Origin: a virus
Reading direction: 5' to 3' (one strand)
Length of the DNA stretch: 64,000 bases
Virus record (IMG/VR): IMGVR_UViG_3300048694_001005
Location: 1 to 64,000 of that record
The notes beneath the pieces were generated by a model. The model saw only the letters and a program-made list of their open reading frames with translations. It searched no databases and was not told where the DNA came from. How positions within the stretch are numbered: position 1 is the first letter of the stretch; each line of letters starts with the position of its first letter. Position numbers and translations under genes: made by a program. Below are positions 48,089 to 57,899 of the stretch, one piece after another.

Positions 48089-48687
48089 TTGGTTCTCCTT
48101 AATAGGACTTCTTGTAACCCTCTGTCCTGTTGGGTTATTCCGGTGTCGAGTTCTTGGGCACCGCAAATTCTCTTTTTGTTTTGCTTAGTTAATCTTTCTG
48201 TGTTACCAATTTTTAGACGTTGTTCGGGTGTAAATGAATGTCCTGGTTTACCTTTTCTGGTATTTCCTGATCTAATGCCATTTAATCGTACTTTTTCATT
48301 AGTTTCTTTCGTCAAACCTTTATTCCAAGCGACTCGACCTTTTTTAGATTTTGATAATTTATCTTTATGCCTCTGACTCATTGGTCCTTTTTGCTTACCA
48401 GACATTGAAAATTTTTTATCATTATTAGATTGGTTAAAACTTCTAGAATCGTTTTTGGCATCTAATAACTGTAGAATTTCACTTTCTAGTTCAATCATTT
48501 CGGACGGGCTACCTGTTGCAATTATATGTCGATACCACTCTTCTTTATTTTCTAAGATCATAGGTTTGACTAACTTGCTTGAACAGATGTAACCATCATC
48601 TGGATGGCAACCTCTTGCTGTTCGTGACCCCACATACCAATTCAACGTGGGTATGTGGGTCCATTTGTAAAGAAAAGCTGTAGTCAT
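48082..48687 (-). CDS. Seg-like GIY-YIG homing endonuclease with NUMOD3 motifs
   Basis: FLYKW...WYVGSR, YICSS; MSQRHKDKLSKSKKGRVAWNKG, HSFTPEQRLKI. Confidence 0.75.
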   Translation of the reverse strand: MTTAFLYKWTHIPTLNWYVGSRTARGCHPDDGYICSSKLVKPMILENKEEWYRHIIATGSPSEMIELESEILQLLDAKNDSRSFNQSNNDKKFSMSGKQKGPMSQRHKDKLSKSKKGRVAWNKGLTKETNEKVRLNGIRSGNTRKGKPGHSFTPEQRLKIGNTERLTKQNKKRICGAQELDTGITQQDRGLQEVLLRRTKC

Positions 48688-49322
48688 TTTAATTTCAGTT
48701 CGTTTATAAGTTTTAATACCGATTCTCTCAAATACTTTTGTACTCTTAGATCGGCACTAACATCCTTAGATGCTTCGATCACCCTATGTCCACCCTGCAT
48801 ATTCATCAACCCTTCAAATACAGGTTTAGGATAAGCATTTGGGGCACTGGGTTGTGCCACGATATCAACTGTTACTATTTCAAAGTTACGTACCTTGCCC
48901 GTGCCGTCATCAACTTCACCACTGCCACGTGAACTGACACCTAGTTTTACACCACAATCCAACATGGTTTTAACTATGTTGCCCATGGGTGTTGGAATAA
49001 TTCTCATTTTTCCAAAACCATTAGGACCATCCATCCACATTTTAGTAATTACGTGACTAACACGGTCTAAGTTAATTTTTAGGTCAGCTGGGTGATCTAC
49101 CTCGCCCAATACGCTGTGTCCTTTGGCAATTTGTTCGTTAATAAAATCTACTGCCTTGCTAATTTCTTCAACTGGGTAGATGCGTTTATTTTGATTCTCA
49201 ACCGCTGCCTGAATAAAGATACCTTTGAGAAAAAGATCCTTTCGTTCGCCAGTGCCCTCAGTCTCTAGTACTAAGTTTGCCTGGTCGAACGAAAGTTGTT
49301 CTCTAAGTAATGTTGTAGACAT
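48684..49322 (-). CDS. gp21: Prohead protease
   Basis: GIFIQA..NQNKRIYP, GEVDHP, LGVSSRGSG, DIVAQPSAPNA. Confidence 0.95.
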   Translation of the reverse strand: MSTTLLREQLSFDQANLVLETEGTGERKDLFLKGIFIQAAVENQNKRIYPVEEISKAVDFINEQIAKGHSVLGEVDHPADLKINLDRVSHVITKMWMDGPNGFGKMRIIPTPMGNIVKTMLDCGVKLGVSSRGSGEVDDGTGKVRNFEIVTVDIVAQPSAPNAYPKPVFEGLMNMQGGHRVIEASKDVSADLRVQKYLRESVLKLINELKLK

Positions 49323-49336
49323 GCTGGTCTTATTAC

Positions 49337-50386
49337 TTAATCAATCACGCTATTTTTGTTTGTACCACTAGCTTGGCTTGTAGTTGGCTTCTTTGCAGCT
49401 TCCAACTTCTTGCTACCACCAGCAGTATTTTGCACTTTGCCAATCAAATCTTTTGGCTTCTCTGAGCTAGGTGCGCTCTTGCCATCTGGATTTGCTTGAC
49501 CACCGCTGCCACGTGCGATATTTTTTGTAGTACCGCCCATGTCATTCTTTCCTGCAACGGGATTTTTTGTGTAAACCGTAGCTACTCTACCTGCGTTACC
49601 AACACCTTTACCTTCGGTGTTCTCAGGTGTAGAAACTTTTTCAACATATTCACGCATTAGTTCTGCTACGCTTTTTGTACGAAATTGTTTGCTTTCTTCC
49701 ACAGTTTCTTCTTCCTCTTCTTCCTCGTCTTCTTCGGCAGACTCTTCCAAGGATTCTTCTTCCTCTTCTTCAGCTGCTTCTTCTACGGTTTCTTCCTCAG
49801 AAGCTTCGTCTAGCGACTCTTCATCCTCTTCGCCAGCTTCTTCTTCACCGGCTTCTTCTTCGTCACCCATTTCTTCTTCGCCGTCGTCTTCACCGCCAAA
49901 GTCTGGGTCATCAATGCCATCGTTGTGCTCTGGCTCGTTCTTTTCATCGGCCATAAGATCGTCAAATTCACGCTTTAATTCTTCCAGCGCATCTTCTAGA
50001 TCCATAACGCGATCTTCAAGTTCTTCTTCGCCACCCATGTCATCGGCACCCATTTCATCGCCCATGCCATCGCCTGCTGGCTCGTCACCAAACTCGCCAG
50101 CCATGTCCTGTGCTTGATCGTCACTGGGCATATCCATGGCCATTTCGTCATCTTCTTCGCTGACTAAATCTTCTTCAACTTCGCCCTGCATATCGCTCAT
50201 ACCTTCATCGGCCATAGCAGGATCCATTGCTACTTCTTCTAAATCGGTTTCGTCAAGTACACTTTCGTAAATTTGACGGCTGCGATTAACTACTATATCA
50301 TGAAATACAGCACGAGCTTTGTCGGTCTCATCGTTTAGGATGTACTCAATCAGCTGCTCATACTGGTTAGATGTTCTTTTGCTCAT
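49337..50386 (-). CDS. Highly acidic prohead core protein (gp67/gp68-like role)
   Basis: Asp/Glu-rich; repeated LEE|S and VEE|S; located between portal and protease; late box 50423-50429. Confidence 0.6.
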   Translation of the reverse strand: MSKRTSNQYEQLIEYILNDETDKARAVFHDIVVNRSRQIYESVLDETDLEEVAMDPAMADEGMSDMQGEVEEDLVSEEDDEMAMDMPSDDQAQDMAGEFGDEPAGDGMGDEMGADDMGGEEELEDRVMDLEDALEELKREFDDLMADEKNEPEHNDGIDDPDFGGEDDGEEEMGDEEEAGEEEAGEEDEESLDEASEEETVEEAAEEEEEESLEESAEEDEEEEEEETVEESKQFRTKSVAELMREYVEKVSTPENTEGKGVGNAGRVATVYTKNPVAGKNDMGGTTKNIARGSGGQANPDGKSAPSSEKPKDLIGKVQNTAGGSKKLEAAKKPTTSQASGTNKNSVID

Positions 50387-50440
50387 ATAAGACTCCTTTT
50401 AGGGTTAGCATATCTACATGGATATTTACTACATACATAA

Positions 50441-50467
50441 AAAAACCGCTTGATATAAGCGGTTTTT
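50441..50467. terminator. Probable bidirectional terminator
   Basis: AAAAACCGCTT-GATAT-AAGCGGTTTTT. Confidence 0.8.
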
Positions 50468-50490
50468 GGGGTTTTTCTTGCAAAAATTAT

Positions 50491-50760
50491 CTATAATCCA
50501 GGTCCTGGCTGTGCAGGTGCAGCATATTGTTTACGTACTCGTTTAATATCCTGCTGCTTTTCAATTGCTCGCAATTCATTCATAAGCCTCAGTTTGTTAA
50601 TATGACCAAGAGTTAGACGAGTTTTTCTAGTGTTTGATATTTTTAGCTTGGTATTGTCCTCGCCAGGACTGAACCTGTAGTCAGTATCCTTGCGACTTGT
50701 ATCTGCATCGTCGGCATCGCGGCTAGTGGCTGGGAACATTTCAACTATAAACATGATCAA
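50491..50760 (-). CDS. Hypothetical protein
   Basis: ORF track; probable start ATG 50754, 7 nt after a late box. Confidence 0.6.
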   Translation of the reverse strand: MIMFIVEMFPATSRDADDADTSRKDTDYRFSPGEDNTKLKISNTRKTRLTLGHINKLRLMNELRAIEKQQDIKRVRKQYAAPAQPGPGL

Positions 50761-50764
50761 TTAT

Positions 50765-52498
50765 TTATGCTGTAGGTGCACCCGCCATGCCCGGTGGCCC
50801 AGCTGCTGCCGGTGCTGCGCCCGGTACTGGTGCTATACCTGCTGCACCAGGCGCAGGCTCTGCACCCAACATACCGCCTTCATCTGGCGGTGTTAAACTA
50901 TCTGCCATGGACATGTCTGTTTCAATACCGCCCGGTGTCACACCCACACCACGTAAACCAACATCGCCCGGTGTGGACTCTGAGGCATCACCTTTTTCTT
51001 CCTGCCACAAGTCATCATTTTCCGCCATTTCTTCCTCAGTCAAGCCCAAATAACGCTTGAGCAAGAAACGTTTGCTCAAGTAAGGCACTTGTTCCAAGCT
51101 GGTAAATGTTTGTACTTTGGCTGAATCTACTTCGGCCTGTTTGTATGTGCTAAAGTTTTGTGGCTCACAGAATGCTAGTTCAAAAATACTACCATCAATA
51201 TTCACACCACGCCAACGGCAATACATTTTAAACTCTTTGTCCAGTTTTTCAGACAACATGTTCTGCAGTCGTTTACAATATTGATTGAAACGCCATTCCT
51301 GTATCAGTGCGGTTCCTACTTTGCCATCGGTAAATGCTTGTGTGCCATCTTCGGGGCCAGTAGGCAAATAGCTACTGGGTATACGTAGGCCACGGAATAA
51401 TTTGTTTGTGAAGAAACGCAGGTCGTCAATCTCACCTAGATTTTGACCACCGGCAAGAGTGGTTACATCACTACCACGACCACCTTCGCCCACTGGAAAG
51501 AAATAATCTTCATTTATAGATAATGGATTGTATGTTGCATCCATCATATTGCTGCCGCCACCGGCTTGTGTAGGTATGCGGCGCTGCCAAACTTCATTTT
51601 TTACCCGCTCAACAAATGCCATGGCCATGTGGCTGGGCATATTACCCACGTCAATCTTAAATACTCTACGCTCAGGGGCACGTTGTACGCGGTAAATGAT
51701 GATGCTGTCTTCCAGCAATTCTTTTTGTTTGAATACTTTGAAAATCTGTTCCAATATACTGTTACCAAATGGCCAGTTTACATCCAGGCCTTCAGTTAAG
51801 CTAAAATGTACCACATGTTCTGCATTGATGCAGGATTCGTTTTGTGCATGACTGAACCGTGTGCCGCCACTGTAAGGCGTCTTGGGTTGCACATAAGCCC
51901 CACTGGGACCACCCACCTGTGGATGATTGACAAATGTATCGCTAGTACTAACCTGTGTGACTGTTAAGTTTTGAAAGTTAGGGTTTATTTCTTTCACTAT
52001 ATATTGCTCTGGTTCTTTGCCCTTGCTTTCATTCACAATAACTTTAGTAACTTTACTCATTTCTACCCAATAAAGTTCAAAGGTTTCCGGATCACGTAAA
52101 AAAACTTGGTCTCCATACTTCAAAGTATTTCTAAATAGTTTGAAGATACGCTTGTTTAGTTTGTTTAGATTACACCAAGTTTGTAGTTGTTCTTTAAGTA
52201 TATTGATTTCACGATCAGTAGGTCGTTCTTTGAACTTGAGATCAAATGGTGTATGTGTTTCTTTATTGGATTGTGTACAGAATTCAGCCAACACGTCCAG
52301 TGCCGCATTGACCTCGCTGTCACAATCCATTTGTTCGTATTGATTGTAACGATCTAGTCGGTTGGGGTGTCCAATATAAACTTCTGGTAATTGGTATTGG
52401 TAGTTTCTATACGCAAAATCGTTAACGTTTTGCCCAGCATTAGACAGTGGGCTTACGTTGTTAATCTCTACGACTTTAAAATGCTTTTTCCAGCTCAC
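50765..52498 (-). CDS. gp20: Portal vertex protein
   Basis: EDSIIIYRVQRAPERRVFKIDVGNMP, EDYFFP, LGEIDD, LRIPSS; late box 52522-52529. Confidence 0.95.
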   Translation of the reverse strand: MSWKKHFKVVEINNVSPLSNAGQNVNDFAYRNYQYQLPEVYIGHPNRLDRYNQYEQMDCDSEVNAALDVLAEFCTQSNKETHTPFDLKFKERPTDREINILKEQLQTWCNLNKLNKRIFKLFRNTLKYGDQVFLRDPETFELYWVEMSKVTKVIVNESKGKEPEQYIVKEINPNFQNLTVTQVSTSDTFVNHPQVGGPSGAYVQPKTPYSGGTRFSHAQNESCINAEHVVHFSLTEGLDVNWPFGNSILEQIFKVFKQKELLEDSIIIYRVQRAPERRVFKIDVGNMPSHMAMAFVERVKNEVWQRRIPTQAGGGSNMMDATYNPLSINEDYFFPVGEGGRGSDVTTLAGGQNLGEIDDLRFFTNKLFRGLRIPSSYLPTGPEDGTQAFTDGKVGTALIQEWRFNQYCKRLQNMLSEKLDKEFKMYCRWRGVNIDGSIFELAFCEPQNFSTYKQAEVDSAKVQTFTSLEQVPYLSKRFLLKRYLGLTEEEMAENDDLWQEEKGDASESTPGDVGLRGVGVTPGGIETDMSMADSLTPPDEGGMLGAEPAPGAAGIAPVPGAAPAAAGPPGMAGAPTA

Positions 52499-52555
52499 GA
52501 TGAATCCTTCAATATATTAGCTATTTATAGACTCATCGTGGTAGCCAAACAACTC

Positions 52556-53755
52556 TTAACGGTCCATCTTTTTCCAAAGTGCCATAATGTCATTGGATGT
52601 TTTTGATTCCAGGATTACTGACTTTTTGGCTACTTTTGGCTGCGGCTTGGACTTTTTAACCAATCGACTTTCGGTTAGTTGTTTGAGGTCGGCTTTGGGC
52701 TTTGTTGCTTTTGGATTAGCTACAAAGCTTTCAAACATACTCAATGCATTTTCCGCTGTACGAGTAACACGAGATTCTCCGGCTGCTTGCCGTTGTTGGA
52801 ATTGTCTCACGTAATCAGCTTGGGACATTTCGCTCGGTGAACGAGCTGTTGGGGTTGCATTTACCGTCGCCTTAACCTTAGTAGGAGTTATTTGTGCCGC
52901 CGTCGCAGGTGCCGCCATTGAAGCTGTGCCTTTTGTTGACATTGGCTCGGTGTAAGATGCCATGGTAGGAGCAGTGGTTGCTGCTGTTGGTGCTGTTGGT
53001 GCTGTTGGTGCATTAGGCTGTGCCGAAATCTGCGCAATCAATTTGGCGTCTTTTGGGTTATTCGGATCTAATTTTTGACCACCGATGCTAATTGGTTCCT
53101 GCTGTTTCCCAGGTTGTGTTTGTGTGGGTTTGGTCTTTTTGCTTACCACATATTGTAACGCTCGAACAGCCTGTTGAAACTCCGTTTGAGATAATTTGAG
53201 CATTGCTTCTTTGATATCGCTTACTGAAAGTTTAGGAGCCTGTGCCGCAGTTGCTTGTATTGGTTGAGCCGTCTGTGCTGCTTGCGTTGATGGTTGAGCT
53301 GCCTGCTGTGCTGCGGCTTTTTGCGCCTCTAGTTCTGCTCTATCTTCTTCGGCATTCTTCTTGTAGTTTCTCAAATCTACCTGCGCTTGAGCTGCGACTT
53401 TTGGGTCAGGTGACATGGCTTTTTTATTGATATCATTGTACCAATCAGCTACACTTGCAAATCCTGCAGATTGCGCCCATTCAGCATTTGTTTTCTGTGC
53501 TGGGTTTGGTGCAGTAACTACTCTTTGAATAGGTTCAGGAGTAGTTGTTGCGGCGGACGCAGGAGTAGTGTTTGGTACCTTCGCTGCGGTAGGTTGTGCA
53601 GTTCTAGCCATTGCTCGTTTAGCGCCCACCGTTCCAAAATCAGTTATTGCAGGGCTTGTTTGTGTAGCTGGCGCCAGTCGTTTCTTTGCTTTTCCGGCTA
53701 GTCCACGTAAAAAATCAAATGGTCCTTCTTTGATCGAACGTTTGTTGTTTTTCAT
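52556..53755 (-). CDS. Ala/Thr/Pro/Gln-rich hypothetical protein, probably virion-associated
   Basis: IKE|G, MFE|S, LTE|S, ILE|S sites; low-complexity middle. Confidence 0.55.
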   Translation of the reverse strand: MKNNKRSIKEGPFDFLRGLAGKAKKRLAPATQTSPAITDFGTVGAKRAMARTAQPTAAKVPNTTPASAATTTPEPIQRVVTAPNPAQKTNAEWAQSAGFASVADWYNDINKKAMSPDPKVAAQAQVDLRNYKKNAEEDRAELEAQKAAAQQAAQPSTQAAQTAQPIQATAAQAPKLSVSDIKEAMLKLSQTEFQQAVRALQYVVSKKTKPTQTQPGKQQEPISIGGQKLDPNNPKDAKLIAQISAQPNAPTAPTAPTAATTAPTMASYTEPMSTKGTASMAAPATAAQITPTKVKATVNATPTARSPSEMSQADYVRQFQQRQAAGESRVTRTAENALSMFESFVANPKATKPKADLKQLTESRLVKKSKPQPKVAKKSVILESKTSNDIMALWKKMDR

Positions 53756-54204
53756 ATTTTATATCCATCTGCTCTAAGTTCATCTATCAATTCACCAGCT
53801 TCTTCTACAGACAAAGATCGTATTGCCTTAATAACGTTTTGGATTGTTTGTACCGTTTGTGAGGTTTTTGGGGGTTGTGAGGGTTGTGGCGCAGTATCTT
53901 CCTCTGCTGCTAATTGTTTGTGATAAGCTTCAATATATTTGTATATTGACTGATTGTCAAAAGATTCAGGATCTGGTGGCCAGTTTTTCAATGGGGTTAG
54001 AAATTCTGTTTTAAATTTGTTAAAACCAGTAGCATCTGGTGTATATTTATTTGTTCCTAGGCGTTGATTCCAAGCACTGTAAGTTTGGCTGATTAATTTA
54101 TACAACCAATCTTGCCCTTTTTTCTGTTCTGCAGCCGCAGCTTTATCTTGTTTGTTGCCAAAGGGCCAAAATTCGTCCAATCTTACAATGTCTTTGGTTT
54201 TCAT
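53752..54204 (-). CDS. Hypothetical protein
   Basis: MKTKDIVRLDE; late box 54221-54227. Confidence 0.55.
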   Translation of the reverse strand: MKTKDIVRLDEFWPFGNKQDKAAAAEQKKGQDWLYKLISQTYSAWNQRLGTNKYTPDATGFNKFKTEFLTPLKNWPPDPESFDNQSIYKYIEAYHKQLAAEEDTAPQPSQPPKTSQTVQTIQNVIKAIRSLSVEEAGELIDELRADGYKI

Positions 54205-54223
54205 AATATATTTCCAGTAATAT

Positions 54224-56767
54224 TTATGCCATATTAGCAGCCATTTGCTTCATAATACTATTACTATTTTTTATCTCTGCTAATATTTGGGCGTTTAAAT
54301 CTACGCCGCTGCGTACACTGTCCAGTTGATCCTGTGCCAGTTTGGCCGTTGTTTCGGAAGTTTTTTGCACGGCTCCGGAAGATGTATCACTTCCCGCAGC
54401 GAGTGCTAAACCAGTTGCTTTCGAGCTTAGACTTGTTGCTGGCGCTAATGTGGGTTCGGTTAAGGATTTTCCCTTACTTTCTATCCCTGTAATTTTGTCA
54501 ATTCCAGAAGCTAGCCAATCTTGTATTGGGGTATATTCATTTAATAAGGTTCCGGCTCCATATCCTGCTGCACCTGCAGCTAATGCACTGCTAGCCAATG
54601 TACCTGCTCCTACTGCACCTACGCTAGTGCCCAGAGTAGTTCCAAGTCCCCCTGCTAATCCAGCAGCTCTACTTCCTAGGTTTCCTAAAAATCCACCAAT
54701 TCTTCCTGCAAGACCTTTACCTCCCCCGGACTGTGCCATGTGTTCTGCAATCTGCGCTTTTGATGCGAATTTGCCTTTGTCTGTAATCCATTGACCTTTT
54801 TTATTTTGACGCAGCCCACCAGATCCTCCATCACCCGCTGGACTAGACCCGCCACCACTTGGACCTAAACTCTCTGGCCCACCTTGTCCAGATTTATTAA
54901 AGATACTGGGTATTTTAGACAACAGTCCTGGAATCATGGCTCCAACAACTGTAGTTATTACATCACCAATGCCACTCATTAGCGAATTTGTAATGGAACC
55001 TGAATCATTCAATTGTTTGGATATTGCTTCATTAATTCCTTTAAGTCCCGAAACATATGTATCCATGTGTTCTATCGCCATTTTCTGCAAGCCTACCATG
55101 GAATCTTGATATGCCTTTTCTGAGGCTAAGAATTTTTTAGTTAGATCATCCTGCGTTTCTGCTGCTTTACCTAATGTTGCTAATTGTTTTGCCAGTTGTT
55201 CAGGATCTAAATTCTTTGCGGCTTCTGCAAAAGTTTGATTCATACTAGCAGATAAGCCTTCCAAACCTCCCTTACCCGCAAAGCCAGCTAATCCTATTTC
55301 TTTTGTATTTTTTCTATCTTTGAGCGTTAATTCTTTAGTGTTTGCTTGTATCTTAAGAGTTTCTTCCTGTGTTAGTATACCCTTGTTGGCTTTATCGCTG
55401 AATTCACTTACGCTTTGTGAAAATCCACGATTAGTTGACATCATTATGGCACTTTCTTTGCTTATCGCCGTTCCAAAAAGCTGCATTTCCATAAAAGCTT
55501 TTTGTTGCATTGGACTCATTGCTGCCATCGCTCTCTGAATTTCTTCTGCTTGCTTTGCCGGCATCTCTGCTAGTTTATTTTGGAATGCCAAATTGTTTGC
55601 GGCATCACGTGCTTGTTGCATTTTTGATTTGGCTTCTTCGCCGCTTACCGCACTTAGTAAACGTAAGTCTTTTGCATACTTCTCTGTCTCCTGCATTATT
55701 TCTTTATCACTTAAGCTGCGACCTTTACCAAAACGATTTAAATTTCCCATTACTTCAGAAACTAAACCAGCTTGTTCTTCAAAACTATAACCTAAGTTTT
55801 GCAAACGAACTCCTACACCAGATTTGTCTATGTCTCCTTTAATTCTGGCCATACGTTCTGCCGCGGCAGTCATACCCATGCCACTTGCACCCAAACTTTT
55901 TGCATTTTCTGAAACTACTTTGCCAAACTGCTGAACCGTTAAACCTGCTTCACCGGCCGCATTTTTCATACCAGTCATACCATCAGCAAAAACAGCACCG
56001 GATTTACTTCCTGCTTGGAAACCGTCTCGTAATTGACCAAGTTGTTTGCCTAAAATTTCAACTGCAAACTTAGCAGCTTTTGCACCATTATCGGCAAGAC
56101 TTTCTAGTGCGCCACCAGCTAATGTTGCGGCAATACCAACAGTACGCAATTTGCCGCCGCTCTGCATAGCTGCTTGACCAAATGCACCTATTGATTTACC
56201 AGCAGAACTACCAGCAGCAGCGGCACCATCTATTGCCGCGTTCATTATAGCGCCACCGGTTTCTATTGCACCTGCATTACTAGTTAAATTTCTAGCTAAC
56301 CCACCAACAGCTCCAACAGTTATATTAGTAATGGTTTTACCAAAGTTTTTAAGTTCAGCTGTTGACTCTTCTACCGCAGCTTTTTTGGCCTGCTCCGCAG
56401 CAAGAGATTTTTTCTCTTCAATTTGTTTGAGTTTTTCTGTTGCATCTCTAAGATTACCAGTTTTTAACAAAGACTGGCGTTCTTCTTCCAATGCATCTAT
56501 ATTATCGTTTATTACCTTAACCGATTCCTTTAACCGGTTGGACCAAGTTCTATTTTTTTCTTCGCTGCTGATTAATCCAGCCTTGGCATTTTGAACAGCT
56601 TTATTGTAATCCGCAGACAGTTTTTTTGCAGCATCGAAATCTTTGATTATCTGCTGCGTGGCAGTGTTCAACCGCTTCAAAGACTTTTGGTATGCTTCCG
56701 ATTCGATACCAAAATTTTTGGCTTTTCCTAGCTCTTCAAGCAATTTGTTTAGTTCAGTTTGATCCAT
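54224..56767 (-). CDS. Tape-measure-like / gp29-like tail hub protein
   Basis: 847 aa Ala/Gly-rich helical protein next to baseplate hub genes; late box 56805-56812. Confidence 0.6.
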   Translation of the reverse strand: MDQTELNKLLEELGKAKNFGIESEAYQKSLKRLNTATQQIIKDFDAAKKLSADYNKAVQNAKAGLISSEEKNRTWSNRLKESVKVINDNIDALEEERQSLLKTGNLRDATEKLKQIEEKKSLAAEQAKKAAVEESTAELKNFGKTITNITVGAVGGLARNLTSNAGAIETGGAIMNAAIDGAAAAGSSAGKSIGAFGQAAMQSGGKLRTVGIAATLAGGALESLADNGAKAAKFAVEILGKQLGQLRDGFQAGSKSGAVFADGMTGMKNAAGEAGLTVQQFGKVVSENAKSLGASGMGMTAAAERMARIKGDIDKSGVGVRLQNLGYSFEEQAGLVSEVMGNLNRFGKGRSLSDKEIMQETEKYAKDLRLLSAVSGEEAKSKMQQARDAANNLAFQNKLAEMPAKQAEEIQRAMAAMSPMQQKAFMEMQLFGTAISKESAIMMSTNRGFSQSVSEFSDKANKGILTQEETLKIQANTKELTLKDRKNTKEIGLAGFAGKGGLEGLSASMNQTFAEAAKNLDPEQLAKQLATLGKAAETQDDLTKKFLASEKAYQDSMVGLQKMAIEHMDTYVSGLKGINEAISKQLNDSGSITNSLMSGIGDVITTVVGAMIPGLLSKIPSIFNKSGQGGPESLGPSGGGSSPAGDGGSGGLRQNKKGQWITDKGKFASKAQIAEHMAQSGGGKGLAGRIGGFLGNLGSRAAGLAGGLGTTLGTSVGAVGAGTLASSALAAGAAGYGAGTLLNEYTPIQDWLASGIDKITGIESKGKSLTEPTLAPATSLSSKATGLALAAGSDTSSGAVQKTSETTAKLAQDQLDSVRSGVDLNAQILAEIKNSNSIMKQMAANMA

Positions 56768-56823
56768 AGGGTAATTTCAAGTCATAAATAATAATAATAT
56801 CAATTATTTATAGGAATAATTCC

Positions 56824-57663
56824 ATGAGTTCAAACCCGCTTGCAAAACATTTTAGACAGCCATCAATCTATATTAAATTGCCCAGCCTGGGTAAATTTTG
56901 GCCAGAAGGCAGCTTAGATTTACCAATAACTGGAGAATTACCAGTTTACCCTATGACCACCAAGGATGAGATTGTGCTTCGTACCCCAGATGCCCTAATG
57001 AATGGTGCTGGATTAGTTGAGACCATACAAAGTTGCTGCCCAAATGTTAAAAATGCATGGGTAGCACCCAATGTTGACATTGATGCCCTACTAATAGCTA
57101 TAAGAATCGCTAGTTATGGACATGACATGGATTTTGATTCTGACTGCCCGCATTGCCAAAAGTCTAATACCTATAGCATTGATTTGAGATTAGCACTTGA
57201 TTCTGTCAAATGCCCAGATTATACACAGCCATTAGATGTTGATAATTTGAAAATCATGCTGAAACCGCAGCCTTATCAACAGGCAAACGAAGCTAATACA
57301 CTGGGTTTTGAAGAACAACGTATGGTTATGTCTATAAATGAGTCTGATTTAGCGACCGAAGAAAAGGTAGCTGCGTTGGCCCAGAGGATGAAACGTTTGG
57401 CAGATATAACAACAGACATATTAACAAAAAGCACGGCTTACATTGTAGCAGAAGATGGGACTAAAGTCGATAACACAGAGCACATAAAGGAATTTTATCA
57501 AAATGCCCAGTCTACTATAATTAAGAAACTGCAGGACAAAGTTGAAGATTTGGCAAAAGAAGCTAATATAAAACCATACGCGGTAAAATGCAATGAATGT
57601 GGCGAAAATTACGAAATGGCAATTGAGTTTAATTATTCAAGTTTTTTCGGCGTAGGCTTTTGA
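56824..57663 (+). CDS. gp26: Baseplate hub subunit (gp26-like)
   Basis: YIKLPS, PMTTKDEI, D.LLIAIRIASYG, CPHC...CNEC. Confidence 0.75.
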   Translation: MSSNPLAKHFRQPSIYIKLPSLGKFWPEGSLDLPITGELPVYPMTTKDEIVLRTPDALMNGAGLVETIQSCCPNVKNAWVAPNVDIDALLIAIRIASYGHDMDFDSDCPHCQKSNTYSIDLRLALDSVKCPDYTQPLDVDNLKIMLKPQPYQQANEANTLGFEEQRMVMSINESDLATEEKVAALAQRMKRLADITTDILTKSTAYIVAEDGTKVDNTEHIKEFYQNAQSTIIKKLQDKVEDLAKEANIKPYAVKCNECGENYEMAIEFNYSSFFGVGF

Positions 57664-57878
57664 CATTAGATAACGACGCTATCATAGCAATGCTTGATGG
57701 CTATGATAAAGAATCAAAGGCCTTAAAAACAGAAGCGTTAAAGTTTTGTTGGTATATGCGAGGCGGTCTTACCTACACCGAAGCCATGGACCTAAGCAAG
57801 GCCGAACGTGAAATCGTAGCTAAAATTGTAGAAGACAATATAGAAACTACAAAAAAGTCAGGGTTACCCTTCTTTTAG
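57660..57878 (+). CDS. Baseplate hub assembly protein (gp51-like)
   Basis: WYMRGGLTYTEAMDLS..ERE motif; follows gp26. Confidence 0.55.
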   Translation: MTLDNDAIIAMLDGYDKESKALKTEALKFCWYMRGGLTYTEAMDLSKAEREIVAKIVEDNIETTKKSGLPFF

Positions 57879-57899
57879 AAGCCATAGTTATACACACAA

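Noticed and set aside
49617-50117. Ser-rich plus-strand ORFs
   Set aside because: Antisense reading of the Glu/Asp-rich core protein (GAA/GAT codons give TTC/ATC and Ser runs).
52980-53010. GCTGTTGGT x3 tandem repeat
   Set aside because: Encodes a low-complexity APTAPTAPT linker; not a spacer array.
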